A stretch of 63,966 nucleotides of DNA, filler included, from Octopus bimaculoides (taxonomy: Eukaryota): NCBI RefSeq assembly GCF_001194135.2. It is 4 parts of 3 records of this genome, joined end to end, with 100 filler letters (N's around TTAATTAATTAA, not from the genome) between each part and the next. Parts side by side here need not be neighbours in the genome. Positions count along the whole stretch, not along the records: positions 1 to 18,741 come from NC_068990.1; positions 18,842 to 40,140 come from NC_068981.1; 2 more parts are not named here. One strand, 5' to 3'. Under the pieces are notes generated by a model. It was not told the origin of the DNA and searched no databases. It saw only the letters and a list, made by a program, of their open reading frames with translations. Both the position numbers and the translations under genes were made by a program. Positions 10,279 to 24,070 of the stretch are shown one piece after another (the first letter of the stretch is position 1; every line of letters starts with the position of its first letter).

Positions 10279-12174
10279 ATGAGCGAATTGAATTTACTTA
10301 AAGTGTCACTGTATGTTGGTGACTTACATCCAGAGGTAACAGAATCTCAACTTTATGACAAGTTCGTGAAAATTGGACCAATTGAATCTATTCGTGTCTG
10401 TCGAAACGTGCTAACTAAGAAGTCTCTCGGTTATGCTTATGTCAACTTTCAAAATTATTTGGACGCTGAAAAAGCATTGGATACATTGAATTTCGAAGCA
10501 ATTCTTGGCCGACCAATGCGTTTAATGTGGTCACAAAGAGACCCATCCCTTCGTAGGTCTGGTAAGGGTAACGTTTTTATTAAAAATCTTGACTCCAGTA
10601 TCGACAATAAATCTCTACTTGACACTTTTTCAGCATTCGGTTGTATTCTGTCTTGTAAAATAATTTCTGATGAAACTGGTTCAAAAGGTTATGGGTTTGT
10701 TCATTTCGAAGAAGAAAAGGCAGCAGAAGAGGCCATTAACAAAGTCAATGGCATGTTACTCAACGGAAAGACAGTTTATGTGGCAAAATTTATTCCCAAG
10801 AAAGATCGTTTGAAAGAAAAATACAAGTTTAGTAATGTTTATATAAAAAATTTCGGAACAGATTTGGACGATGAAGGCTTGAAAAATATCTTCTCAAAGT
10901 TCGGCGATATTGTGAGCGTCAAAGTAATGACAGATGAACAAGGTCAACCTAGAGGCTTTGGATTTGTTAGTTTCGAAAAAGCCGACGATGCTGAAAGGGC
11001 TGTCAAAGAATTAGATGGTCTTGAGTTAAATGGAAGAACATTATTTATCGGTCGCGCTCAAAAGATAGAAGAACGCAAAAAAATGCTAAAAGAGAAATTT
11101 GATATCCCCAAAACAGAAGAAAAATTTCGGTATTCTGGATTTAATCTTTATGTGAAAAACCTTGATGAGGATTTTGATGATGAACGATTGTACCAAGAAT
11201 TTAGCAAATATGGCGATATTAGCAGTGCCCGTGTAATGATGCAAAATGGTCGCTCAAAGGGTTTTGGGTTTGTTTGCTTTGACCAACAAGAAGCTGCAGA
11301 TAAAGCCATAAAAGAAATGAATGGTCGCATTGTACTGCAGAAACCATTGTTCGTTACCTTTGCTCAAAGCAAAGATGAACGTAAGAAAAACATAAATAAT
11401 CTGAAGGATTCTGTTCCTGATACTCATTCGATTATTCCACCAGTTACTGCAAGCTACTATTTGCCGACACTTCCCAGTCGCACCTCTTACCCATCTCAAA
11501 TGCATATCGGCAACGTGTCACGTTGGCAATCGCCATTGATACATCAGATTCCAAACCAAGTAAATTACAACAGGCTACCAACAAATCATTTGAAGCTGAG
11601 AAATAGTCAGAATACTCGCCCTTTTACTGGTCAACCAACTGGCTACAGACAAAATATCTCGCCGTCCTTCAGCGGGAGTGGTCCAAGCTTTATGAACACG
11701 CGCCCATTGTACGATAATAGTACTCATGCTCGTAACATGGAGGCACTAGCTATGCCACACCACTTGCACAATGCGTCTTTATTGCATCATACGATCAATC
11801 CAATCCCTCAACAATTCAAGGTTCCCACACAGTTAACCAATCTATTTCAAATACCGAGTGTACAGCAAACAAAACCGGAGTTTACTGAAAAATCTCTGGA
11901 TAGCCTTTCTGCCGTCTCTCCTCAGGAACAAAAGCATTTCTTGGGAGAGCGTTTGTTTCCTGAAGTCAAGAAAATAAACGATATAATGGCCCAGAAAATT
12001 ACTGGTATGCTTCTTGAACTAGACTCTTCCGATATTATTCACTTAATTGAGTCCCCCAATGTGCTGCGAGAAAAAGTTCGTGAAGCTGAAATGGTATTGC
12101 AACAGAATACGCGTGAGAAATCGTTCGAGTTGGACAACACCAATTTATTCTCAGCTACCATGGGCTATGCTTGA
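10279..12174 (+). CDS. PABPC1: Cytoplasmic polyadenylate-binding protein, intronless diverged paralog (631 aa)
   Basis: Four RRMs (LYVGDL/SLGYAYVNF, VFIKNL/KGYGFVHF, VYIKNF/RGFGFVSF, LYVKNL/KGFGFVCF) and MLLE domain (QEQKHFLGERLF...KITGMLLE). First ATG at 10279 has A at -3; the ORF-track start at 10207 is a TTG. Symbol denotes family, orthology untested. Confidence 0.95.
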   Translation: MSELNLLKVSLYVGDLHPEVTESQLYDKFVKIGPIESIRVCRNVLTKKSLGYAYVNFQNYLDAEKALDTLNFEAILGRPMRLMWSQRDPSLRRSGKGNVFIKNLDSSIDNKSLLDTFSAFGCILSCKIISDETGSKGYGFVHFEEEKAAEEAINKVNGMLLNGKTVYVAKFIPKKDRLKEKYKFSNVYIKNFGTDLDDEGLKNIFSKFGDIVSVKVMTDEQGQPRGFGFVSFEKADDAERAVKELDGLELNGRTLFIGRAQKIEERKKMLKEKFDIPKTEEKFRYSGFNLYVKNLDEDFDDERLYQEFSKYGDISSARVMMQNGRSKGFGFVCFDQQEAADKAIKEMNGRIVLQKPLFVTFAQSKDERKKNINNLKDSVPDTHSIIPPVTASYYLPTLPSRTSYPSQMHIGNVSRWQSPLIHQIPNQVNYNRLPTNHLKLRNSQNTRPFTGQPTGYRQNISPSFSGSGPSFMNTRPLYDNSTHARNMEALAMPHHLHNASLLHHTINPIPQQFKVPTQLTNLFQIPSVQQTKPEFTEKSLDSLSAVSPQEQKHFLGERLFPEVKKINDIMAQKITGMLLELDSSDIIHLIESPNVLREKVREAEMVLQQNTREKSFELDNTNLFSATMGYA

Positions 12175-12380
12175 AATTACTGACGTTTGTTTATTTTCGC
12201 TAACTATCTGCATTAACTTTGTCGTTGCTTTACAGTCAACTGAACTTTCAAGAATTTAACCTTTTGAAATGCAACTACACAATGTCTTCACACTCGGTGG
12301 AAACCTAATTTAAATTTTAATGTTACTGAATTTCAGAAAATGAGTAGAATGCTTTTTTTAAAAGCATTGGCATTAATTGG

Positions 12381-12398
12381 ATTAAAAATAAAAATAAA
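12381..12398 (+). terminator. Clustered polyadenylation signals
   Basis: ATTAAA 12381-12386, AATAAA 12387-12392 and 12393-12398, about 210 bp after the PABP stop. Confidence 0.5.
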
Positions 12399-15300
12399 AA
12401 CTCTTCGATCGTTACATGTCAAATTTGAGGACTTAATTTTTAGTCACGTCTAAAATTCAAAAATATTTTATGTACCGTCTGTATAATTTTGCTGAATAAA
12501 ATAAAAAATATATATTGTAAATATATACATATAGGACAACTTTTTTAAGTATTAGTTTACTACAGGAAAGTTTTAGATAGGGAAGAGCTAAATTTGTTTT
12601 AACTAAACCTTGTAATATCTGAAAAATGGCTTTCTTTCCATTGTCTTCTTGCATGAATTTTAAACTTTTAAAAGTGATTTGAATTTTTTTCATTTTTTTT
12701 CCTGCTATGTATAAACTTGTAATTGAGTGACTAAACTGATTCTGTTTTTATTTCAACCTATTTTTAATTAGAATTTCTTTGTGTTCGAGAATTTTCTTTA
12801 CTGTTGTCTCTGAGAATATATTGCTCTTTAATATAAAACTTTTTCTAATTCTTGTAGAGCATTTGCTACAAATGATTATATTGGCATTAAGCTATCGAAG
12901 TAAGCATTTTAAAAGGCCCAGCCTCCTCTGGATTTATGCAAGCCTTCAGTAAAAGGTTTCAAATCTCGATGCGATACATTCTGGACAAAGCTAAATAAGC
13001 CATAAAAACGTTTAGGTAATTTTCTAGTGTCGTTTTCAGCTAGGTGCAATATTGGTGCGTTAAAGGAGGGCTATAACTGAACCCATTTCTGGTATTATGT
13101 CAATATTCCCACCTTTTGACTGTCTGATTTGAACTTGATTTCGAATCTGACATTTTTGGCTGGTAACAAATTTGGCGTTATATTTTAGAGATTGTAATTT
13201 TCCTTTCTTTAATTTTGGGACGACATAATACAATAGCTATTTATATAAGAGATGGGCATTCTGTAGCCCGCGGCCTTATTTCTTCCGGTCTGCCGTTCTT
13301 TAGTACATGACAGTCTATATACAAAAGTGTTAAAGAAATGAGGGTTGTCGTTGGATGTGCTAGAAACAGCCAAATCACCCTTAAATCCTTTTCTCTCTGG
13401 AAATTTTTTGTACCGAAAATGCTCTTCCCATTGTTTTGGAGTGCAAAGAAAAAAATTGGTCTGAAGTGGGATGAGGAAGTAGGGTGTGAAAAAGCATTTT
13501 CAAAACTAATTCGTACAAAGATGACCCAACCCCATTTTCGAAGGCTATGGTTTAAAAAAAAAAATCCCGAAAAAAAATATCCCCACAAATTTCTTTATAA
13601 TCGTGATCTATGCTGTTTGAAAGGGATTTGTGTAAATTTTCATTAAAAGATGCCCATCTTCCTGAAAGTTACGAGAAGGAAAAAAGTCCGGTCTGAATTT
13701 TCTGAAACCTTTCTCCGTCCACTCTCAAATTCTTTCCCGTAAATTCCTATATACTCTGAAGCCATAACGCCTAAGCCGTATTTGTAGAAAATTTTAAAGT
13801 ATCTATTTTTCTGGATGTTATGAGGCAAAGTCAGGGGCGTATACATCTGTAGTAATGCCCTTTTATTTATACGATTTTTTTTTTTCATGTTTGTTTCTTA
13901 CACTGTCTGCAATGTTCTCTCGCTCTCACGCGTGCGCGCGCACACAGCTGACAGATGGGCTGTTGAATTGAAATCTCCGCTTTGAGGGAAGGTAAAACCT
14001 GACAAACTGCCTTTCCCTCTGTTGTTGGACTACCGTGATATTTGTTTTAGAAAAAGTGACTGATAAAATAAAGCAATATTTACTAAGCAAGTGAGCACAA
14101 CGTGAAAATATTATCAAGAGATTAGCAGAAGACCTACCTCCGGGCGGTTTTCTGCTAGTATAGACAATTCAGTTGCCCGATATATATTTATATATGCTCT
14201 TCCCCCTCCCCTACTTTCTCTCGGGTGTCACGTTTTTATATTTGACTACTCAACCCGGCAAAAATTACGCCAGACACTTCACATACAACTTTTTCATAGT
14301 GTCAGCATTGTCACCATTTTAATTTATTGGGGATTAAATTTCATAAGGAACGAAGACTGGACTAGCGATACAGACGTGCGCTCTGTAATATATTGTCTAT
14401 AATTTCTCTATTCATATTTCTCATGAACCAAAATGTTTCTTAAACTCAGTCTTTTAGGAAATGCACAAGTTTAATTTACAAATCTGAAATGCCAAAGAAG
14501 TACCTCCATCTAAAATATCTTGCTCAGGGACCTAAATTCATTTGCATTGCTTGTCCCTGGCTTTAAGTTGCTCCAGTCCCGTACTCCTCGTTACTTGTCC
14601 ACCGGAAATATGACTCCCACTAACAATGTCAGAATATCCACCAGCTTCAATTACATTTAGTTTACAATGTTCGAATGGGAATTGTTGCAGATCTTGGCAT
14701 GTAAATGTTGGTATATAGGTTATCTAAATTGACATGAAATTCTGTGTAACCCTGGCACCTCACCTTACCTTCCAGTGTTTTGCTATCTAAAGCAACAGAA
14801 TTCGTGTCTTAAAGCTTTTTAAACACTCTAAACACAACTTACTAGATATTAGGAAACTGACATTTATACTTGAGCGCTAAATGCAAATGATTGTCTCCAG
14901 GATTCTATATTTTGTCTCTGTTTAAAGCAATGCTTATTAAACCTTATTGCTCCCTTTATTTTAGACATTTTTCAATGCCCGCTTTGCTAGAGTTCAACTG
15001 AATTATATCTCCAACAAAAAAATTACTGCCGTTACGTTCATCGCGTAAGTCGTATCAATATCGAAAGTGCAAATATTTCGGCTCCTAAAACAGACAGGTG
15101 ATTCGCATGCAAAAAAAAAAAAAAAAATTAAATAGGGTAATTTAAAATGCTTCTTCTATCACCCTCTTTGCCTTCAAGGCTAATATAAAATTTCCCACCG
15201 CATATCCAGGGAGTAGCGATACCGCCCACTTTGAGAAGCAATGGTTTAGTTTCATTGCATTGGTTCTTTTAAATACGAATAACGGAAAGTGAGTTGGGGA

Positions 15301-17184
15301 ATATTATGTTTGTCAATGCTACAAGGAAAATTTGAGTTTTTTCTTTAAAATTTTTTTTTAAAGAAATTCACATAGGTTATAAAACTAGGGCGGGCAGTTC
15401 TTGTTTCACTGACTCCCGCCATCAATTGCAAAAGAAAATAATCTAAAATTAAACGGAAGCTAAAGCGTGGACTTAGAAATGAAATTTATTTTTTAGTTTT
15501 ACGTTATTAGCGTAATTTAATAGAAATATTTAGAGCAATATATATTACAATTGGAAATGTTGAAATAGTCTTAGGTTTATTATTGATGTTAACAAATCAA
15601 ACGCGTGTATCAATATTTAGCTACCTCTTACGATAAAACAAATGGCAAATAATGTCGATTATCTGTTCAATAATACATTAAATTCCAAAACAATGTTTGA
15701 TAATGGGCGGGTGGGGGTTGTTAATTGCTGCTTTGCGCTTGAAACAGTCGTGTTGCTGCTCATTTTAACAATGTTTTTTTTTAAGTAAATCTTTCTTCTG
15801 AAACAAGTACATAATGTCCTCATCACATTTTAATACTGAAAGATTAAAAAAAAATCTGTATAAAATATTTCTAAGAAACATCACAGCCTTCTTCAAACAC
15901 AGCGCTCCCTTTTGCGCTCATGACATATCTAAGCGGGTGCGACTCTCATGTTAAGACATTTAGAGTTGGGTAACATGATATACCAAGTTTTATGTGGGAT
16001 TTTTCNNNNNNNNNNNNNNNNNNNNNNNNNNNNNNNNNNNNNNNNNNNNATAAATTCTGTGAAACATTTCGTCTGGCTACACCGACTTGCATTCGTAGTC
16101 TGTCGCGTTCCCTCTCCTGATAAGTCCCGAAAGCGGCTTCAATTCATCTTGTAAAATCTTTTTCGGTCAGCCCTGTCTTTCGTACCAACTTCATTCCCAA
16201 CTTAACCGTAATCTTACACATTCGAAAGCATATTGCTAATAATTTGCGTAGGAGTTTCGAAAAAGCTGTCACTGATAAATCGGTATTTCGTTGTTTTTTT
16301 CTTTTTCTTTTTCTGATAAAACGAAGGATGGTCCGTATTTAAAAACACTTTGAGTGGTGGTGACTTTTTTTTATAACAATTCCCCCCACCCCTTAAATCT
16401 CTACCTTATCAAATTATCCTTATTGATTTCTTACATATGAATAAAGATCTCGAAAATATAGTTGTAGTTGTTAACCCCAGGTCTTACCTAAGTGAGCAGA
16501 CAAATGAAAAAAATTCTTGAATTAAGCCGCCAAATAAGAAAGTTGTTGACTAAGTGAAAGTTGGGTTGCAAACTTGATCTTCCCAAGGTATATTTGTAGC
16601 CTTGATCGTTCCATCTTATTGTACACTTTGGTAGTATCTATACCATCTATAATAAAGAATGCTGCTTATTGATTAGTTGGAGTAATGTGAGTTTTATTAA
16701 AAGAAAGCGATTATTAAAGTCTACATAGCTTAGAAAATTCGGATCTTGGTAGATTTCTTCCAGCTACTTAAAGGTATTCAAATTTTCATCAGATTATTTT
16801 CAATAAATGGTAGTTCTGATGTAGTTTTGCATGCTAATGACGGAAATTGCATTCCCCCCCCGCCTAGAAATTAATCATAAAGAAGTTAAAAGCATTTAAA
16901 TTTAAATATTTTTAGCTCATCGAAAGCTTTCATTCTTCAATTTTCTTTGGTGCGCCAGTAATGTTTATCTCTCGGTACAAAGTACTAGTAATTTTACACA
17001 GACTCAAAGCAGGTAAGAACTAATAGCATAGTCATGTCGTTGGCTCGAAATTATTGCAGAGTAGTTTTGAGATTAGGTGTTTTGTTGATATAAGCTCATA
17101 ATCGCGCTTTCGATTTCCAGCTTGCAACTAATCAACAACTAACATTGGAAATAATTGTACGTGAGTTTTTTTTCTTTTTCTTTT

Positions 17185-18229
17185 TTGCTTCAGTCATTAG
17201 ACTGCGGCCATGTTGGGGTACCATCTTGAGGGATTCGAACAAACCGACCCCAGTACTTATTATTGGAAGTCTCGTACTTATTCTATCGGTTAAACTCCAG
17301 TGTTTGACCCGNNNNNNNNNNNNNNNNNNNNNNNNNNNNNNNNNNNNNNNNNNNNNNNNNNNNNNNNNNNNNNNNNNNNNNNNNNNNNNNNNNNNNNNNN
17401 NNNNNNNNNNNNNNNNNNNNNNNNNNNNNNNNNNNNNNNNNNNNNNNNNNNNNNNNNNNNNNNNNNNNNNNNNNNNNNNNNNNNNNNNNNNNNNNNNNNN
17501 NNNNNNNNNNNNNNNNNNNNNNNNNNNNNNNNNNNNNNNNNNNNNNNNNNNNNNNNNNNNNNNNNNNNNNNNNNNNNNNNNNNNNNNNNNNNNNNNNNNN
17601 NNNNNNNNNNNNNNNNNNNNNNNNNNNNNNNNNNNNNNNNNNNNNNNNNNNNNNNNNNNNNNNNNNNNNNNNNNNNNNNNNNNNNNNNNNNNNNNNNNNN
17701 NNNNNNNNNNNNNNNNNNNNNNNNNNNNNNNNNNNNNTCATATTCGTTTACTGCATGTTTTACACCTATTACATTATTTTGTTTTTCATTTTTGTTACCG
17801 GGTGTCGAAGTGTGGTTACTGGATCGTGTGAATTATCCGAGTCTGCACCCTACCCCCCCGCGCGTAACAATTTTTTTAAAAAAATAGTGTACTAGACATA
17901 AAATAATGTGTAGTAAACGAATATGAATAAAAAAAAATTCGCCAACGAACGGGAAAGTGGTGAAAGGACTCGGAACATTCCTGATGTTAGATTTTTCGAG
18001 TCGTCTCCCCACCTCCCGTTCGCCAGCGCGCATTTTGTTTTTCATATTCATTTACTACGTATTGTTTTACACCTATTGCACATTTTTTTTTTGCTCGGTT
18101 CAAACACTAGAGTTTAATCATTCTATCAGTCTCTTTGCCGAATCGTTAAGTTACGGTGATGTAAACAGACTAACACTGATTGTTAATCGGTGGTGAGGGT
18201 CAAATACATCACACACACACATACCTATT

Positions 18230-18260
<31 letters not shown>

Positions 18261-18356
18261 CCGGGGTTATAATAGAAGGCACTTGCTCAAGGTACCACGC
18301 CGTGGTACTGAACCATGTGGTTGGGAAGCAAACCTCTTACCACATGGTTGCGCTTG
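17185..18356 (-). mobile_element. tRNA-derived SINE split by an inserted TIR element
   Basis: 17185-17289 and 18118-18356 join into a continuous copy of the SINE at 28424-28855. Confidence 0.8.
17290..18117. mobile_element. Non-autonomous TIR element with TTAA-initiated TIRs and 12-bp target duplication
   Basis: TIR TTAAACTCCAGTGTTTGACCCG (17290-17311) versus CGGTTCAAACACTAGAGTTTAA (18096-18117), 2 mismatches. Flanks TTATTCTATCGG / TCATTCTATCAG. Interior partly gapped. Confidence 0.75.
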
Positions 18357-18741
18357 CTATGTTTGTATATCACCACTTTTTTTTTATTTCCACATAAAAG
18401 AAAAGGAAAAAGTACGAATATTCATGAAATAATTACCTGTCAATTATCTTTCAGCTCATATTTTAAATAGAGTATTTGGCAAGTAAAAGTCATTGAAAAG
18501 ATTATGGCATTCTTAAAAGACAGATCTTATCAACGCCATTGTTGAAATATTTTGGACAGCTTTTATTTATAATTCAAATATTAGCTCGTTTCACTTCACA
18601 TAATTACCGTCTGTTCTCAAAGAAAGCCTGAAATCATACGTAACCAACAGTATTCATGAAAACTGGTAGTAAGTTGGCTGAATACATTTGTCGTATTTTT
18701 CTATTTCAAATTAAATATAATGGCAAACGAAATCACTGAAA

Positions 18742-18841
18742 NNNNNNNNNNNNNNNNNNNNNNNNNNNNNNNNNNNNNNNNNNNNTTAATTAATTAANNN
18801 NNNNNNNNNNNNNNNNNNNNNNNNNNNNNNNNNNNNNNNNN
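18742..18841. other. Assembly join placeholder (44 N + TTAATTAATTAA + 44 N); also at 40141-40240 and 61453-61552
   Basis: An identical 12-mer with stops in all six frames is centred in three separate 100-nt gaps. Confidence 0.9.
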
Positions 18842-18879
18842 AGTGTCCAGTTAAGGATGTTGTAGCTGTAGCTTTATTT

Positions 18880-19129
18880 TTATTATTATTATTTTTATTA
18901 TTTTTATTATTATTATTATTATTATTATTTTATGTTTGACTTTTGTTTTGCATTTGTACAAGTTGGATCCAAGTCTCACCCAGAGACCTCAAGAGACAAC
19001 AAGTTAGAAGTTCATGTAGGTGTTATGCCTAGGGTACCATATATTTGGATTTGTACAGTTTTGTTCAAGTGAATGTTTAAGAAACCATAAGAAAATTATG
19101 TTTGCTTTAAAATTTGAGATCACATAGAC

Positions 19130-19201
<72 letters not shown>
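18880..19201 (-). mobile_element. Non-LTR retrotransposon 3' end embedded in (TAA)n
   Basis: tttatgtttgacttttg...cccagagacctcaagagac is near-identical to 61002-61072. Flanked on both sides by (TTA)n. Confidence 0.7.
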
Positions 19202-19203
<2 letters not shown>

Positions 19204-19731
19204 CTGTTGCCTGAATATCAGATGATACGTTTCAGAGTTAATCAGCTGATTAGAATTGCCGTCTTCAAACGATTGTCGCTATGACTATCACCTTAGCAAC
19301 TTTCTCTTTTAAAGACAAGAATTTTCAGTTCATCCTTGTATTGACGTAATAGCATGAAAATCATTAACGCAAGTTTACATTTCACTTTGTTCCAGTGACC
19401 AACTGTGCAAACTTTGGCCACTCAGATAGGATAGGCTGAATGTATTAACATGTTAAAGTTCATCATTGTTTGGCCAATGTTTAACTATATGCTGCGTTTG
19501 TAAATAGTGCAATCGGTTTTTAAATAGTACTGGCATGATTGTGCGGTTAAGATGTCTTTTCTCGATTACGCGGTTCGGAACTGATTCTATTGTGTGACTA
19601 ATATCATGTGAGGGAAATTTAGTAGATGAAACACGTAGGAGACTGCCGCGTACATATATGTGCGTATGTGCGTGTGTGTGTGTGTGTGTATGCGTGCGTG
19701 TGAGCGTGTGTGTACGTATGTATGTATGTGT

Positions 19732-19780
<49 letters not shown>

Positions 19781-19856
19781 CATACATACATATATATTAT
19801 ATATATGCATATATATGTGTGTGTATATATGTGTGTGTGTGTGTGCGTGTGTGTAT

Positions 19857-20742
19857 ACACTGGGCAGCGTTAGAGCTAATTTTGATGACTTCTTATGTCT
19901 CCTCTTTTCCAGGAACGGTTGATGTACGGGGGGAGCAGTCAGCCAATCAACGGCACTTTTGGGCATAAAGATTAAAGTTGCAGTTGAGAAAAAAGTTAGT
20001 TGATATGGAGGACTTGAAGCCATCTGAGTCCTGGAAAAGAGTTACCTGTATCATGATGATTCAGGCTGGATGTCAAAATGTCAGTAATATGATTGTTGCT
20101 CAATGTTCTGTGAACACTTCTAAGGCTGTAAGACGTGATATAGACATCATGAAAACCAAGTCCTCCTAAACTGGAACGGTCTTTGTGTGTGTCTTCATGG
20201 AGGGCGACATCATACCGTCCCACCTCTTGGAATAGAAACTTTGTCTCAATTCAGATGGTAAGGAAAGTTGCTGGAGATTGTTGTCAAATCCTGGCTGAAG
20301 AGGATTGCCACTGGAAGGCCATATGCGTGGAAGAAGAATTAGGCTCCTTGTCATACCTCCGGAAAGAGTCAGAAGTGTTTATCGCAGAAATTTTACGACT
20401 TCACCCGCCCTATTTATGGCCGACTAACTACCCATGTTATATTCCCATAAATTATTATGTGTAGGGTGCGGTTGAGAAAGATACCAGACATTCTTCCTGC
20501 AATACCAAGGCCGAGCTGGTGGCTAAGATCAAGGAGTTGTTCAAAGATCTTCCCAGAGCCTCAGAAAGGAATGGATGCCACAGATTCTGGAGTCGTCTTC
20601 AGGCTGTGGCTGAAGATGAGTCTAGCTACTTTGAATAAACTGTCATCTCCCAGCAAAAGACAAGTAGATATTTAATACTTTTGTTTTGGGAAGGAATATT
20701 GAGTTTTCTCTTCCTTTTATGCAAACTGAGAAAGTCAGCCCG
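19857..20742 (+). mobile_element. maT/DD37D-like Tc1-mariner remnant with internal deletion
   Basis: N-term MEDLKPSESWKRVTCIMMIQAG. C-term RPYAWKKN*APCHTS...LWPTNYP...INYYV*GAVEKDT...RLQAVAEDESSYFE*. Confidence 0.75.
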
Positions 20743-20778
<36 letters not shown>

Positions 20779-20802
20779 TATAAATCTATATAATATAAAT
20801 GG

Positions 20803-20848
<46 letters not shown>

Positions 20849-20879
20849 TCTGTCCACCTATATGAAGAAATACTACAGC

Positions 20880-21440
<561 letters not shown>

Positions 21441-21867
21441 ACAAACTAAAATTTGCAGAATGTTTTATAACTTTGAATTGATGTTGTCAAAGTCCCACTA
21501 TATTCGTCTAAGAAAATCTATTTCTATTTTTGTTTGTTGTAATACCTAAGTTCAATAAATTATAGTACATATCTTTTTAGTTTTCCTCGAACCTTTATTT
21601 ACTTATCTTGTATTAGACATAAGCCAAAGTCTGTGCGGTGTTTGCTTCATTTATAGACTGAAATACTATAGATCATAGATCAGAAGTTTATATGCATCCA
21701 TGATAATATTGGCAAGAAGAAAACAGCTCAATTGTTTACATGAAAGCTAACAACCATTTCTTATATATGTTTAATACAATCTAAGTGAATAACTTTCAAT
21801 ATTCATAGCACAATTTTGGCAGTTCTTTTAAACTCAGTCAATGACGGGTGTTTCTTTTAGTGTGTGT

Positions 21868-21902
<35 letters not shown>

Positions 21903-24070
21903 TAGATAGATATATATATACATTCACATACGACGGGTTTCCATACAGTTTCTGTCTACTAAATTCCATCACAAAACATTTGTCGGCCGCGAGGATACAA
22001 GTTCACGATCTAAAATATATTAAACTTTGCAATAGATTTTAGATTTTAAGGTGCTTTCAAAAAATATCTACAATTTTTTGCTAATTTTAACTCCTATATT
22101 CACCATTTTTTCTTTCACTCTCATTCAAATTATTTCTTTCAATTCTCTCTCTGGTTCACTAACAACAAACACTTTATCTGGAAAAGGAATCAAAAACTGA
22201 ATAAAGAAAAAAAAAAGAAAAAAAAAGAGAGAAATAATAAACCAAATTCGTATTTACTTAAATCTAGGAAATATAAAATCCAGCTGAAATCACTTAGTCT
22301 GCAGACACATGCATAAGAAGTATGCATTCATTCTACTCTATAGCGAGATTAAACCATACAAGATTAAAATCGTGCCTCTCTTAGAAAGAAAATATATTTT
22401 AAATGAATTTGAAAAGAATTGAATAATAATTACGTTTCATAGTTTACGGTTTCAAGAACGGTTTCGGTTTTCAAATACTTTAAATATTTGCAATTATAAG
22501 CAATGAGCTGAATTTCTTTGGATAAATAATAGTATTTTCTTTTTCATAGAATGGTGCTGAGAAAAGCAAACTCACATAAAAAGCTATTTTTTTCAAGCTA
22601 ACAAATTTATGTAGGGTTTGTCATTATCTGCCATTTTGAGGAGTTGAGCAGATGAAAGATATATAGTATATTGGTCTCTCATAGATTGTTTTCCCCGACA
22701 AAATAAAAAAAATTAGTCATTAGTACAGATCAACAAAACATTCACCATCGATGTAAGGGCACTTTTTTGCTTGCAATGGTGAATTACACCTCATAATTCG
22801 CACATTTCCGTCTAGATGGTCTTGGCGTTAAGAGTTACGCATTTCAGCTATAGACATATTACAATACTGGATCAAGGAGACACACAGTTAACTCCTGGAC
22901 CTAGTTCGCAGTCCTTACCCACGTATATTAAAGTTACGCTCTACAAATTTTAGTTCATATTTTCTTTATTGTTTTTCTTCCTATTTATGTAATTTATCCT
23001 GCTTTTATACTTTTCACTGGAGATGTTCCTTGGTTGTAAATAAAACATTTCATACTGCTATGTGTTTGTAGTAATAAAGTGTTCATAAGTCAATGCACAC
23101 ATTTTTAGATACTTATTAATCTTATTAGAAACAGAAGCCGCTTATATCTGTAAAGAAAACAAATGATAGTTAAGCTTCGAATGCCTTCTTTGATCATAGA
23201 ATTGCTCCATCAAGACTGGCCTGGTGTTAAACAACAACACTGACAAATGTTATTTTCCCATTTAGAAAGATTATGTAGCTGCGTATCAGTTATTTTATAT
23301 TTCTTGATTTCGTTTACCTTCAGCTCTCTTCTGACCGTAAAAATTATGCAACCAATGATACTACAGCTGGGACAGTTATATCATTTTTAGTTTTATTGTA
23401 GTATCGCCACTATTTATGACGATACTCGTTTATGCTATAATCATGTAGTAACAATAAAATATATAACGAAGCAGGGTAAAATCAACGTAACAGTCCAACA
23501 AATCTTCCACGAACTGTACACGAACCGACAAACGATATTCCGCACTCAGACCGGTATTATTCATAGTCAAGTGTATTCTCGCAGTGGGTGCCGTGACTCT
23601 CGCCACAACATCTCTCCTTTTGAGATTTCGATTTCCGTAGGAAAAGAGATTTATTTCATCATTTTTTTTTTCTTTCTTCCCTACACCTCTCTTTTTTTGA
23701 AATTTTGCTTCCCTAGGGAGTTCAATACCTTTTCCGCTTAGGAATTATTTCTAAATGTTCAGTCTGTTTGCGTTTTCTGTCACTGCTCCTTCTAGGCTCA
23801 ATCTCTTTCAGTACTGGCACATCGAACATGTAAAACACTTCTACTGGAATTTCCTTCCTTTCTTCTGTATGTCTGATTTTTTATTGATTTAGGTGTTGCT
23901 TATGCTGCCATCGATGGCCGTTTATTAAATGCATCATGTTTCCAATTCTTTTAGTCATTACACCATCCTACCAATGCTCTTTACTTGTATACTTTAGAAT
24001 AGACTTTGTCTCCGACGTCAAAATGTTTGCTTGAATTTTTTGTATTTTCTCTATACAATTTTTCCTCTTG

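Noticed and set aside
18786-18797. TTAATTAATTAA islands in gaps (also 40185-40196, 61497-61508) as a biological motif
   Set aside because: Identical 44N-12mer-44N structure three times marks a scaffolding placeholder. Distances and adjacency across these joins are uncertain.
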